The notes under the pieces are model-generated. The model did no database searches. It was not told the origin of the DNA and worked only from the letters and a program-made list of their open reading frames with translations. This document shows positions 1 to 11,427 of a stretch of DNA of 64,000 nt, one piece after another. Source of the DNA: Convolutriloba macropyga (Eukaryota); assembly GCF_964194025.1 (NCBI RefSeq), contig NW_027453069.1, positions 1 to 64,000 of the forward strand. Reading direction: 5' to 3'. The stretch's first letter is position 1. Each line of letters begins with the position of its first letter. Position numbers and translations under genes: made by a program.

Positions 1-1
1 C

Positions 2-501
2 ACTTTGGGCTCGGAGGCTGTTGCTCGCCATTTGCCAGGCAAGGTGAATGTCCTGTCTGATGGTATCTCTCGCCTGTCTGGCAGGCCGGACCCCTCCGAT
101 TGGATGCTGTCTCCAGCAGTGTTCCACGCCCTACGCAATCTGTACGGGCCGTTGGAGGTGGACGCGTGCTGCGATGCTTTGGGCAACAACTCCCTCTGCT
201 CGGTGTTTTGGTCGGCCTTGGACTCTGCCCTGACGAGGTCCTGGGCCACCCCCCGGTTGGGGAGGCTGAGGCCTTCTTGCAGCACTTCTGGCAGAGCTCC
301 TGCGAGGCGCCGGAAAGAACTTCGGCCGTGTTCCTGCTTCCAGTGTGGCCTACTGCCGGGTGGTGGCGGTTTGTCGGGGGCGGCAGGGTTGCAGCCTACT
401 ACCCTGCTGGGGCCCGTCTGTTCTCTCGGCCGGATTGGTCCACTGCCTCGCGTCGACACCCGCTCCCTACGACTCGGATCAGTGGGGTGAGTGTGCACTA
501 A
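2..501 (+). pseudogene. End of pol: RNase H tail plus DIRS-type N6-adenine methyltransferase-like domain, frameshifted near 250
   Basis: ORF 5..490 gives HLPGKVNVLSDGISR and DWMLSPAVFHALRNLYGPLEVDACCD. The domain continues in ORF 100..501 (HPP..AVFLLPVWPTAGWW). Confidence 0.7.
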
Positions 502-544
502 CTGGGCTGTGGTGGCTGTGTTCTTCGCCCCTGCTCTCAGCAGG

Positions 545-1800
545 CTGCCGTGGTACTCAGCGCTGCCCCGCCTGCGCGGCGTCGATGCCCCGGATCTTCT
601 TTTCTTGCGCGGGATGCCGTCTGGTGTTGTGCCCGTCGTGCGCCGCCCGACCACCTCCTGTTCATCCTGAGCTCTTCGTTTGTGTGGAGTGTGCGTTGCG
701 GGGTGTGGGGCTTCCCGCAGCAGGCGCGGGCTCGGCTTCGCAGCAGGCAGAGTGGGTCAGGTTGGTCCGTGGGGCTGACTCCTTGGCGTCGGCTCGCCAC
801 CGTGCTTCCACCCGCGGAGCGTATAACCGGGCTGTGGCCGACTTCGTGGACTTCTGCCGGGCTCGTGGTGTGGAGCCTCTGCCGGCTCAGCCGGAAGCGG
901 TGAGGGCTTATGTATTTCACTGTACCGCCGACAGGGGGCTGGATGCACAGACTGTGGAGGGCCGCGTGTCTGCGCTTGGGGACCGGCATGGTCGCCAGTC
1001 GAGTGCTTTGGTGCGTGTGGGGCGGCCAGCTTTGGGGAACCCCTGCAGGACAGCCCCGGTTACGGAGCTGCTGGCGGTGGTGCGGCGGACTGGCAGGACC
1101 GGCCACCGGGGGCGGCTTCCTCTGACTCGGTCCGAGTTCAAGGGGATGTGTGCCTTTGGCTTCGACCAACCTGTCCAAAGCATATGGTCATCACCGTCGT
1201 CTCTGCCTTGTCATCAGCACGCTGGCCTGTCTGAGGCGCAAGGCGGCAGTGAGCCTGCGGGTGTCCTATACTATTTCGGGCAGCATCATATCTTTTTCTT
1301 CTTCTTCCGGTGTGTACATCGCTTATGATCGGGAGACCCAGATGGAGTACATTGGCCTGCGTGTCAACGTGGATAAGAATGTGGACTCCAGCATTGAGGC
1401 ACATGTTACATTCCGGCGGCAGTGCCGGCGTTGGGTGTGCGGCCTGTTACGGGATTACCTTCTTCGGTTCAGGCCTCCCTCTGGCGGCTACCTGCTGGCA
1501 GCCCCTCGGACCCAAGGCCTCGGTTCGGCCACCTTCCACCCAGGGTTGTACACCTGCTTGGGCCGGGCCTACCGGACGGCGTACTTGCGGGCCTTTCCTG
1601 ATGCCAGCACACGGTCTGCCGACATGTCCCGGGTGTCTGCTCACTCTGGCCGCAAGTCCCTTTCACAGTGGTTGTGGGACGCTTACCAGTCTGTCCGCCT
1701 GATTGCGGATGTTGGCCACTGGCGGTGTGCGAAGGATGCCGTTCATTTGTACTTCAAGTCTACGCCTTCAACAATCCTGCGCTGCATTGCAGCCCTGTGA
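545..1800 (+). pseudogene. Cys8 zinc finger plus tyrosine recombinase (phage-integrase family), frameshifted near 1165
   Basis: CPAC-x9-CAGC-x4-CPSC-x12-CVEC, then an N-terminal core-binding segment (STRGAYNRAVADFVDFC..PLPA..VRAYV). Catalytic set in ORF 1150..1800: R (ACLRR), K (VDKN), HxxR (HSGR), GHW, Y (HLY). Confidence 0.8.
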
Positions 1801-1840
1801 CCTTCGCCTTCGGCTGCGGCAAGTTCGTGTGGAGTGACAT

Positions 1841-1938
1841 GGGAGATCACAAAGGGCAGCCTCATCTGGCAACCCTCAGTGATTCTGCGCGGCAGGGACT
1901 TGCCACCCATGTAAGACGAAGCCCAGAGTCAAGCAAAA
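1841..1938 (+). repeat. 98-bp direct repeat, copy 1 (B1 of split terminal repeat)
   Basis: gggagatcacaaagggcagc...gagtcaagcaaaa is identical to 2321-2418. Confidence 0.95.
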
Positions 1939-2320
1939 GCGAGGTGTTGCCGTAGGACGCAGTCCGGTAGCAACTCCAGTTTTTGCAAGGCTTGACAGGC
2001 GAGAAGAGCGGGAGCGGCCAACCAAGGACTCTACGAGAATATTTGAAATATTTAGAATACTCAGGAGATCTGACATATTTAGGATATTCAGGATACTTGA
2101 GATATTTAGAATACTCAGAATATTCCCCGCAGGATAGGTCAAGGTAGGGCTTGCCGAGGGCAGGCGAGGTTGTTGGTTAGATAGGGGTTTTCCGGGTTAT
2201 CAAGTGGCACTGTAGTAAGAGTGCCGGCTGCTGTTGATATATGGCAGCTGGCGGCTGGAGGTTGGCTAGAGAGCCTTCAGTTTCTTTCTGTGTCCCCGCC
2301 CTCCCGCCCTCTAGCATTCC

Positions 2321-2418
2321 GGGAGATCACAAAGGGCAGCCTCATCTGGCAACCCTCAGTGATTCTGCGCGGCAGGGACTTGCCACCCATGTAAGACGAA
2401 GCCCAGAGTCAAGCAAAA
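2321..2418 (+). repeat. 98-bp direct repeat, copy 2 (B2; probable 3' terminus of the element)
   Basis: Exact copy of 1841-1938, 480 bp downstream. Confidence 0.95.
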
Positions 2419-2419
2419 A

Positions 2420-5400
2420 GAAGTAGATCCGCTTCGGCATCGGGATTGTTACAGAGGGCCCCCACGTACCTTCAATCACGGGGAGTCGATTGACGACGGT
2501 AGCGCGGCTCAGTTCCGTTTCGGCAGACACCGAGCTGCCCCCACAGCTTCAAATCGGAGCATGGGAGCCAGGTGTCAAAATGGGTCTCCCGCCTGTTCCT
2601 CGTCCCCAAGAGCAGATTGGGGATGGGGCCCGTCGTAGACCTGCAAGTTTTGATCAGCCACTGCCGTCAGTTCTCCATGAAATTCGACACTCTGTGTTCG
2701 AGAGCCATGTGGACTATGTGTGCTCGGAAGAATGACTACATGATCAGTGTGGACGCAGGATGGGCTCTACGCCATCGGTATCACCCCGAGTTTCGGGATT
2801 TCTTTACCGTCAATTATCGACCCTTAGCTGCCGACCAATGGGTTGATGTGCCCTTCATGTTCCACGCGGTGATCAAGACAGTGGTGGACCACCTGCAGAC
2901 TACCTTGCCGTAGACCTTCGCGAACCTGCTCGCGGCAGCCCGCGGAAACGTGGACACCAGGCACAAGAAGCCAGGATCTTACAGTTTGTAGACTATCTCC
3001 TGTTTCTGAGATAGGAGTTTTCCTGCGGGAGGGCGTGGAGAAGCTGCTGGACGTCGTGCGGCTTCAGGGACATCCGGGGAAGGGAGTCTGGGATGTATAA
3101 CAGTATCAACCCAGTGCATTGAGCACCTCGGTCTCGAGGTGGTGGTGCGGGTGGAGTTTCTGGCGCCGCTATCAAAACTGACGAAGCCAGCAGGCCTAAC
3201 CAAGGAGATCCTGGGCGATCGAAGGTGGTTGTCCGCTTGTCTTCTCGCATCAATGTCGGGCAAGGCACAGTTTGCCATCACCACCAACTCCCTGCCCGCA
3301 CGTTTCTATCTGCCGTAGTTGCCACAGTCCTTTCCGCCAAATCCTCGTGGTTCCCGTGTCCAGCTGACCCGCAGCTGGTACAGGACCTCGAGTTGCAGAG
3401 GCGGGTGCCGAGTCAGTACAACGAACGGCCTATTGATACGGCGGGAGCTGGAGACAGCGTACGTACACTGCGATTCCACGCAGTACGTTTGGGTAGCAAA
3501 CGAGCACCGGGAGGCACGCGGTTTCTTGTACGACACCGACCGTCCGGCACATATTACTTTCAAGGACTGAAAACGGCACGTCATGCCTTCAGAGCGTTCC
3601 TACCTTCTCAGCCCGGTCGCCGGGTACTGCCGCATGTACTGCTGCAGGAGGACGAATAGGCGCCTCCCTCAGTGCTCTCCTACCTAACCTCCCGGAGCCC
3701 GGCCATGATGCCGGAGCTTCGCAACCTGTGTTGGCTGCCGGACACCCACGAGGTCATCCTGATCCCGCATTATATCCGCTCCGAGGCACTCGAGGAATAT
3801 CTGGGCCGATTGGTCCGGGACAGGGACAGCAGCGATTGCCGGCTCAATCCGCGTGTGTTACGGTACCTCGGCACATTGTGGGGCCCGCGCGCCGTGGATT
3901 GTTCACAGCCTCGGAAAATACGCAGCTGTCGCGCTACAACTTCTGGTGGCTGGACCCCTGCACCGAGGCGCTGGACGCTCTCCGGCTGCCAGACCCGTAC
4001 TGGCAATGCGAACCCAACTGCTGCAGCCCTCCCTGGAGCTACCGAGGTCCGGACCTGGCGGCGAGCCTGCAGAGATCAGCGCCGGAGACCACGGTCATCG
4101 CACCTATGTGGAGGGACCGCGCTTGGTTCCAGATGTTTCTCGAGGGGACTACATCGCGTACCCGCCTGCGCACGACCTGTTCTTCCCCGGATGGCGGGGC
4201 AACAAGAGGGGGCCTGGAGCGTCATGGCGTTCCACCTGGCGTAACATCTTGGTGCCAATCACGGGGTGTTACTCGGGGCTCCTCGTCAGCAGAATGCGAC
4301 TGCAGACCTGCCCCACCCCCCGCACCCTGGCAGCACCCAGCAGGTCCCAGCCGTTTCTCACAGTGGGAGGGGTTGGAGCTAAGCCGCTGTGCGAGGCGAT
4401 CATGCCGGCAGCCCTGCCAGACAGGTTTGGCCAGGACCAAATCGGCCAGAGAGTCTTGGACCTGGTGTCTGGATCCCTGGCCTCCTCCTCCTCCCTGTCC
4501 ACTTATGGGTCTTCGTTCCAGGAGTTCCCCTCCAACCAATGAGGGCTGGACCCCTACGCAGTTCAGACGGGGACACGTGTGCTACCTTCCTGGGGGAGGA
4601 GGGTGTTGTTGCTGCTGGCAACCTGCCCTATCTCTCTGCTGTCAACCAATTCCTGGCAGACTATGGCAAAAAATAGTGGCCCTACGGCCACTGGTGGCCG
4701 GAGCCAGGCAAGGCCTAAAACTGCAGCAGGTGACTCATCCCCAATACCACTGTCAGAGTGCCACTGCCTGCAGAGGTGGTGGCCACCCCTGGCGACTGCC
4801 TTCGGAGGCTACGACAGCAGGCAGAAACTCGCCCACCCGGACTCTGCAGCTGTTCAGAGCCAAGCTTGCAGTAGTCTTTGGGTTTGCTTTCTCGGGCCAA
4901 GGCTTCACAGCCAAGGCCCTGAAGGCTGGGGAAGTCCTGGTGGACTCCGACAACATCACTCTGTCCGTTTTATCAACCTGAAGGGCAAGGATGGGGAGCC
5001 AGACCACATCAAGCCCCTGCATATGGGCCGGTGGCAGCGCACCCACAGTTGGTAGCCCTACTTCAGTAGGGCTGGTGGGAAGGGCTGCAGGATGCCTGGT
5101 TGAGGATCGACAGCGACATTGTTGGCTGCTCCCCTCTGATCCGTCCACTGCGTGGTCTGCTGCCACCCTTTCTGGGTGGCTGTCCCTGGCTTAATAAGTG
5201 GACCTCATACAGCCTCAGAAAAGGTACTGCCACACCCATGAACGCAGTGACATTAGTGTGACCCTGCCCACCATTCGTTACTTGGGGGGGGGGGGGGGGC
5301 GGAGGCCAGAGATTCTAGTGTTGTGCATGCCACATACATAGATCCTAGTATCCGCCCCTCCCCTGCAGCCCTCGACATCGTTGGCTCTACCATCAGTCCA
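2420..5400 (+). mobile_element. Degenerate second DIRS-order retrotransposon (RT, RNase H, MTase-like and YR remnants)
   Basis: Fragments across several frames. RT: WVSRLFLVPK..VVDL..KNDYMISVD..HPEFRDFF. RNase H: VHCDST..ARGF..HITF, TSRSPAMMPELR..PHYIRS. MTase-like: RLNP..LWGP..D..SENTQLSRYN..PPW..TVIAP.W..W. YR tail: WTSYSLRKG..YIDP. Many frameshifts and stops. Confidence 0.8.
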
Positions 5401-6065
5401 TTACATTACAGTTAAATGTCCTTTGTGGTCACGAATGAGGTTTGACCGCTGGGGCCTCCGCAGCTGTCAGTTAGCTGTGCTCTGCTTGACCCTACTAAGC
5501 CCTAGTACCTGCAGACACAGACACGGGGCTTGGGCTGCGGCTGCCACCTCCGTCCCTTTTAGCTGCCTGATGATGCTGCCATGGCACTCTGCTTGGCTTG
5601 CAGCTGTCTAAACACAGCTGCACCCGCCTACCCAACCTTTCTTTGCACTGGCCTGGGCATGCTTGACACCAAGCCTCCTGGCTTTGTAACAGCGGTACTA
5701 CTCCCTTTGGCAAACTCTGTACCTACCATCACATGAAGTTAAATGCGCAAGCGAGTCGTTCAGAAACCAGAAAAGTTGCTGCTAGCCGGATAAATCCCTA
5801 TGCAACAACGTCTAGCTGGACACTATGCAGCCATGGGAGCAAAATATGGCATGACTCTGCAGTTCTTTCGCAGTTGGCAAATTGGCGGGCATCGTTACAA
5901 TCCATGAGGGTACAGTATCTCGTGGAGCAGCTTACAACCATAGCAGGCACAACAACACATGCGCAAACCATTCTTATTAGCAAAAATATAGTAGTAAGTC
6001 CACATGAGGTGGTCCTGCTTGCAAAGACAATGACTCATGCTTCGCGGGCCGGAGGTAGGCACAAA

Positions 6066-6345
6066 CTAGTCCATCAACTGATATTCCGTCCATAGATCCA
6101 AAGCCGCCTTGTGAAGATGAAGATGCCGGTCAGCCAAAACATCAAGGTCTTGGTCGTAGCCCCCACCTACCAACCCTGTACCACCAGCGACAATTTCACA
6201 GATTACACTCAGGGTCCAGCTGCTAGTCAGATAATGCAAGCGAAAGAACGGTTTGCGTTCCCTGATTCCCGAATCATGAGTTCTCTGGTGTCATGACCCG
6301 AGCCCCTAGGGACGTGTTGTGCAGAGTGAGAGAGGGAATGAGTGA

Positions 6346-6394
<49 letters not shown>

Positions 6395-9300
6395 TGAGAG
6401 CGAGGTCGACCGTGCAACGTTTAGTACACGACATAGAGACATCAGACCACCTGCTTGCCACCCCAGTGCCGTCAGCATCGGATTCCATGCGGATTGGACC
6501 TCATCACACATATCTGACACTACCAGTAAATGAAACAGTTCATGTATACTCATGCTGGTGATCTGAGTTCTTTCCAGCTTGATGCCCACTCCCCAATGAG
6601 GCATCAACTGGCTACAGCCGGCCTCAATTCTGTAGTGACCAGAAGGTTTCTTTATTGGCTCTCTCATGGCTGAGTTCCCTGCTCACTGGTGACGATCAAG
6701 GAATCTCTAGGGAAGTTCCTGTAACCTCTCATGCGAACAACGCAGGACAACTGCTCTCCTTAAGGCGATTGGGGTACTAGGTCAGTCACCCAACGGCTGG
6801 ATGGAGAAGGAAATCCCTATAATGTACATATAGACAGTGGCAAACACATACCGCTTCCTCCATTCGGTGTTATGCACTACAACTGCCCCAAGGTGGTGAT
6901 GCACCTCACTGCGCCTCGGAACAGGAATGAAATCGAGCTATCCAACTAGTCGCCATAAGAGAGAGACCTGACGAAGAAGGATCCATAATAACAGGCGCTA
7001 CACTAGAGGAATGTCATGAACACCCGAGGGTGGCTGCACCGCAAGTAGTACAGAGCTGAATTATCTATCGCACCGTCGTGCAGCTGTGGGGATAGCAAAA
7101 AAAAACACCAAGGCCAGCTGATGGTTGATGCAGCTGATTGATTGAAGCGATGGAGCGAAAAGGCACAGGAGTTTTCAGGGTGGCTTTGGAATTGTGCTTC
7201 CAACTTACCGGCAACTGGTATGCCCTCTCCCAAGCACAGGTGGAGTACCAACATCTCGCGCTCCCTGAAACCGCACCGCACCCAAGTGAGTGCGACTGTC
7301 ACAAAATCACCTTGGGCCATCAACATTACACGGCTGATGGGAAGGAGCAGGTCGAATTGTACACACGAGCCAGCAATACACCACAAAACGAACGAGAGAG
7401 AATGCAAGGCAGGCCTTTGCGGCTATGGTACATCACTCAGGGACATATGATGGCACGCACAGTACCCTCTGCAGAGCAGGGCAAGAAAAATTGAAAAGAA
7501 TGACAATGTCTGTAGTGGTCAGGAAGGTGGCAAAGGAGCGCACCGCAAACCGCGATCTGTAAGGGAGAGACGGCCTAGCCTGTCGTCCACATGCGGGTCA
7601 ACTCCTGCATCAAACAGCACCAAATCTGGCCGGAAAAATGACAGTGCCGCTGCAAGATGTTCTGACAAGGTAGACAAGTATGCGTGATCGCCAGTGCCAT
7701 CGGGGAGACCGATGTTGCAATCTGCCGGCTGCTTCCGGGCTGGAAAATTGTCCGCACTGTTGTCACACAGCCGCAGAGGAAGAAAAAGTCAAACGGGAAA
7801 CATGCACACCTGCTCTTCCACCATACATGCAAGCCTCACATGTCAAACGATGAATGATCTAGGGACGATACAAATTATCAGACCGCTGCGGTGCTCCCAA
7901 ATCCGCCAGGTTCTAGCACGGCACAGGCATGAACAAGGCAGAGGCACGCATCCCAAGCCTTCACGGATTTCATGCTGTGACGTCAGACATCATCGTGGAC
8001 GGATCTGCACAGGCAACTTTGCGGCCTTGAAGACATAGCGGCTTGGGGGAAACCTGTGGAAGTCGAAAATGTAGACATCCTCGCGTCCTTGAAAAATTCT
8101 GGCTGTGCCGTCCCCTTGATGCACGTCAAGATCAACAATCATGACCCGTTGAACAATGCCATCACGTAGTAATGCCTCAGTCGTCACTGCCAGATCACTG
8201 AAGATCACCAAACGACAGGGCAAGGTTGCAGTAGTAGATGAGCCGCGATCAAGGGACCAAACTGTTATCCGTCAAGCAATGCAGATAGATCTTGTCGGCC
8301 TGAAAAGAGCAGCAGCATTGCAGATGCAGCACCCCGCACTTGATTACGCAGTACCCCGAGCCAGAAGAAGGAAAAGCGTGGTGGGTCCCTCCCGCCGTGT
8401 TCACGGCCAGGCCATGCTGAAGTGCCAGCCGAGCGGTTAAGAGGGTACCTTCACCACAAACATATCGGATTCTCTGAAGTTCATCGCGTGTGAGTGTGAC
8501 AGGCGGCGCGCTGCCAACTGCAGGTCACAGGGCCGCTCACCTGCACATTCCCAAAGTGTCCGCCTAACTAGTGTTTCTGTGTGTATGATCTCATTGAATC
8601 CAATTCTTCTGACAATAGGTGCCGGTAGAGTCCCCGCCAAAAAGTCGTCCAAGTAAGCCTCGCTGTGAACTGCTAAGAGCTCTTCCTTGGTCGGTAAGAT
8701 GTGTGGCTGCACAATCTGAATTGTTTGCAAACAGCTCCAGGTCAGCAAAACATGCACTGCTGCAATTGTGATGCGGCTGAGGCGAAGGGCCTCTTGTTGC
8801 TCTCAACCCTTTGACCATCTGGACACACATCCACCCAATTGGATGCTCTCTTCTCACCATTTCAAGCTCCACAAGCATCACATCACAGGCAGCCGAGGGA
8901 CCAGACAGGACATACAGTGCCATGCACTGACTTCACACCTTGCACTGTCACACATCTCTCACAGGCATCACGCACACAAAGAGACGGCTGCACGGGGTCA
9001 TACAACCCCACCAGCTCACTATGGGACGGCCGACCAGCACACAGATTACCTGCTCAGGCAAAATCAGCTGCTTCGATAGCAACCTGTCATGAATGCGCTT
9101 GAAAACCTGCATTGGAAATGCGTGATTTTCTCGTAGCACAGGTGCAGAATACTCCTGGCAGCAGCAGACAATGCACCACCACCCGGTGAGTACCAGTGGC
9201 CGCCCACAATCCCAATCCAGGATGCCCCCCCCCCCCCCCCCCCCCAAGAGAATGACACTGACTCCCCAACTCATGCATACAGCATTGCACAGTTCAAAAC

Positions 9301-9715
9301 AAAAACCATACTGCATGCCCGGCAACCGCCACATGTGCAAGTCTCGTCAGAGGCAGCGAATGCATGGGGGGATGGGAGCTGACAATGCCGTCCTCTGTTT
9401 GCTGTGTGTTTATAATCATGCGCAGGTGCCAGACTTTGCGCCCTACAGGCAACCCACAAACCACAGCCACACCCTCACTGAGCTTACCGGATGGTAGACG
9501 ACAGGCAACAGCTCGCCAGGAGTCGGCAGTGCGCTTTGAAGCTGTGAGGTTGTGGGCAACTCTACCAGCGGTGGAGATATTGCTCGGGAATGCTGGCTGG
9601 ATGAAGCAGACCTGCAGCTTGCCATCCGCGCTAGCGAGGGTCGGCTCCACTGATGCATCACCTTTTTGCACAGCTGTTCCACAAACAGCCCATGCAGCAA
9701 CGTGGAGCTCCTCAT
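6066..9715 (-). CDS. Histone deacetylase family protein (bacterial-like / class IV-related type) with N-terminal extension; multi-exon
   Basis: Exons read LPVVYHP|EYSAPVLRENHAFPM, AVHSEAYL, AVNTAGGTHHAF..GSGYC, IVDLDVHQGDGT, GIPVA|..GGGYDQDLDVLADRH...MD*. These are the HDAC catalytic HH, DxH and GGGY motifs. Confidence 0.88.
6357..6390. repeat. (GA)n microsatellite in intron
   Basis: Visible gagaga run. Confidence 0.9.
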
Positions 9716-9939
9716 GATCAGATGTGGGATCAGCCGGGTCTGGTTTGAGTCCGGCTAGGGATCGGTATCAGCCATCTGCACATGGTCTGCTGGAGGAGGA
9801 GGTGCAGACCCAAACAAACAATGATGCACGCACGATTTTTACACCACATGTGCCTTGCGCACATGCAGCCGGGTGGGTGCGCTCCGCGAGCCCTGGAGCC
9901 CGGCCTGCATGAAAAAATCGGCATCTGGCCAGGACATGG

Positions 9940-10510
9940 TAGGTACTCGTAGGCACCTGAGTACTGCCGGTAGGTGTACCCAGTGCCTATTACCCAGCTA
10001 TGGCAGGTGGCTGTAGCGTTTATTTACACCGGCCCTGATAATACCGGCGATAGCCATAAATAATACCTTGTCGATGCCTACTAATGTATCTCCTACTACG
10101 AGTACAATAGTAATAAGGATACCGTTTTTTCTTTCACCTCCGTATCTCCTACCGTATTCGCCTGCCTGGCCGGGGGGCACAAGTGCTTAATTGCTGCAGA
10201 ATTTCACTGCTGCCCACCCATTAGAATACATAGGTACGGTAGCTTGCTTGAAATGCCCTTTGTAAGAGTACGCAGGGGAAGAGGGACAGGTACACGGCCC
10301 AGCTACTCGTATTTCGTACTACGCGCTGGTTGTTACGGATAATAACCATCACCCACCCGGCCCCACCCGCACACACACACGTTACTAACGGTAGGTATCC
10401 TGCCCTACCTAATTCGTGTAAACGGACAGCCCTGAACCTCTACTCCAGAATTGAGAGCTGTTTCTTAAAAAAGTTAAAAAAAAAATGGCTCGTACGCGTA
10501 CGAGTATCGG
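9940..10510. promoter_or_regulatory. GTAC/CTAG/TA-rich intergenic island upstream of the HDAC gene (putative promoter)
   Basis: Clear compositional shift with dense gtac/tacg/ggta words just 5' of the gene start. Promoter role is inferred. Confidence 0.4.
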
Positions 10511-11427
10511 ATTATTTTCTTAGAAAACAATCAATGTTGCTTGGTGCATTGCACCATTGGATCACACCAGCAGCTCTCATCTCAAGTGCTGAACCTCAGT
10601 TGCATGTGCAGCAAGAATCGATAGTTGGACACGAAAATATTGCATGCATGCGACTTGTGAGCTATCGCATCTTGTGCGCGCGGCGCTCATCACGCACGAT
10701 CCGCGCCCTCTGCTGAATATCGCCCGCATCTACGAGCTACGACACCACAGCAGAGCAGCTGGCCTGCAAAGGCCGTGGCCAGTAGCCGCCTCGTGACAAT
10801 CATGGCTGGCATCCTTCAACACACCGGGCTCTGGCGAGAGGAGCGAGCAGTCTTCTTTTGTTAGCTGCCGCCTTTTAAAAATCGTATCAGACCTCTCTCG
10901 TCGCAGGTGATATCAGGCAACCCCAGGTCGCACGTTCCTCACAACTGATACCGCTGAAGTTGGAGTGTCATCCCTGTCATGAGCAGATGTGCATTCTTGC
11001 CTCCTCTCTCAAGGGCGAGACGCATTGTCGTCAGTCCATACGAATTAATAACTGGGCCCTGATCCACTCACGGTTTCCCCCTTTCGAGCTGCAGAAGGGT
11101 GTGTTAGACTGTCAGCTGCTTTCACTGCTCTGGATGGTGCGTGACGAGCACTCTGCATAAGCATCCCGGCCTTCACACACAGACAATCTAATCTCCTTTG
11201 TTCTCGCTCAGTACCTACCCTGTGGCCGGCGCGGCAGCGGGTCAGCCATTTGGGAAGCCTTCCCTCCTTAGTTGGGTGGGGTGGAGGGACAACAACGCAC
11301 CAGTTATTGGTCTTGGCCCAAAGGCACCTCTGGTGCACGCATCTGTTTTACAATTACAACTGCCTGGGAATTTCGCTAAGGGGCTGAGCTGCGGAGGCCA
11401 AGCAACCTCGAGCACGAGTGGGAGCTG

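Larger units (their letters stand above)
1..2418 (+). mobile_element. 3' part of a DIRS-order (tyrosine recombinase) retrotransposon with split direct repeats (PAT/TOC-like organisation); 5' end lies outside the window
   Basis: In order: RNase H C-terminus (ARHLPGKVNVLSDGISR), Dam-like methyltransferase region (DWMLSPAVF..GPLEVDACCD..LLPVWP..WW), Cys-rich finger plus tyrosine recombinase, then a 98-bp direct repeat at 1841-1938 and 2321-2418. Confidence 0.85.
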
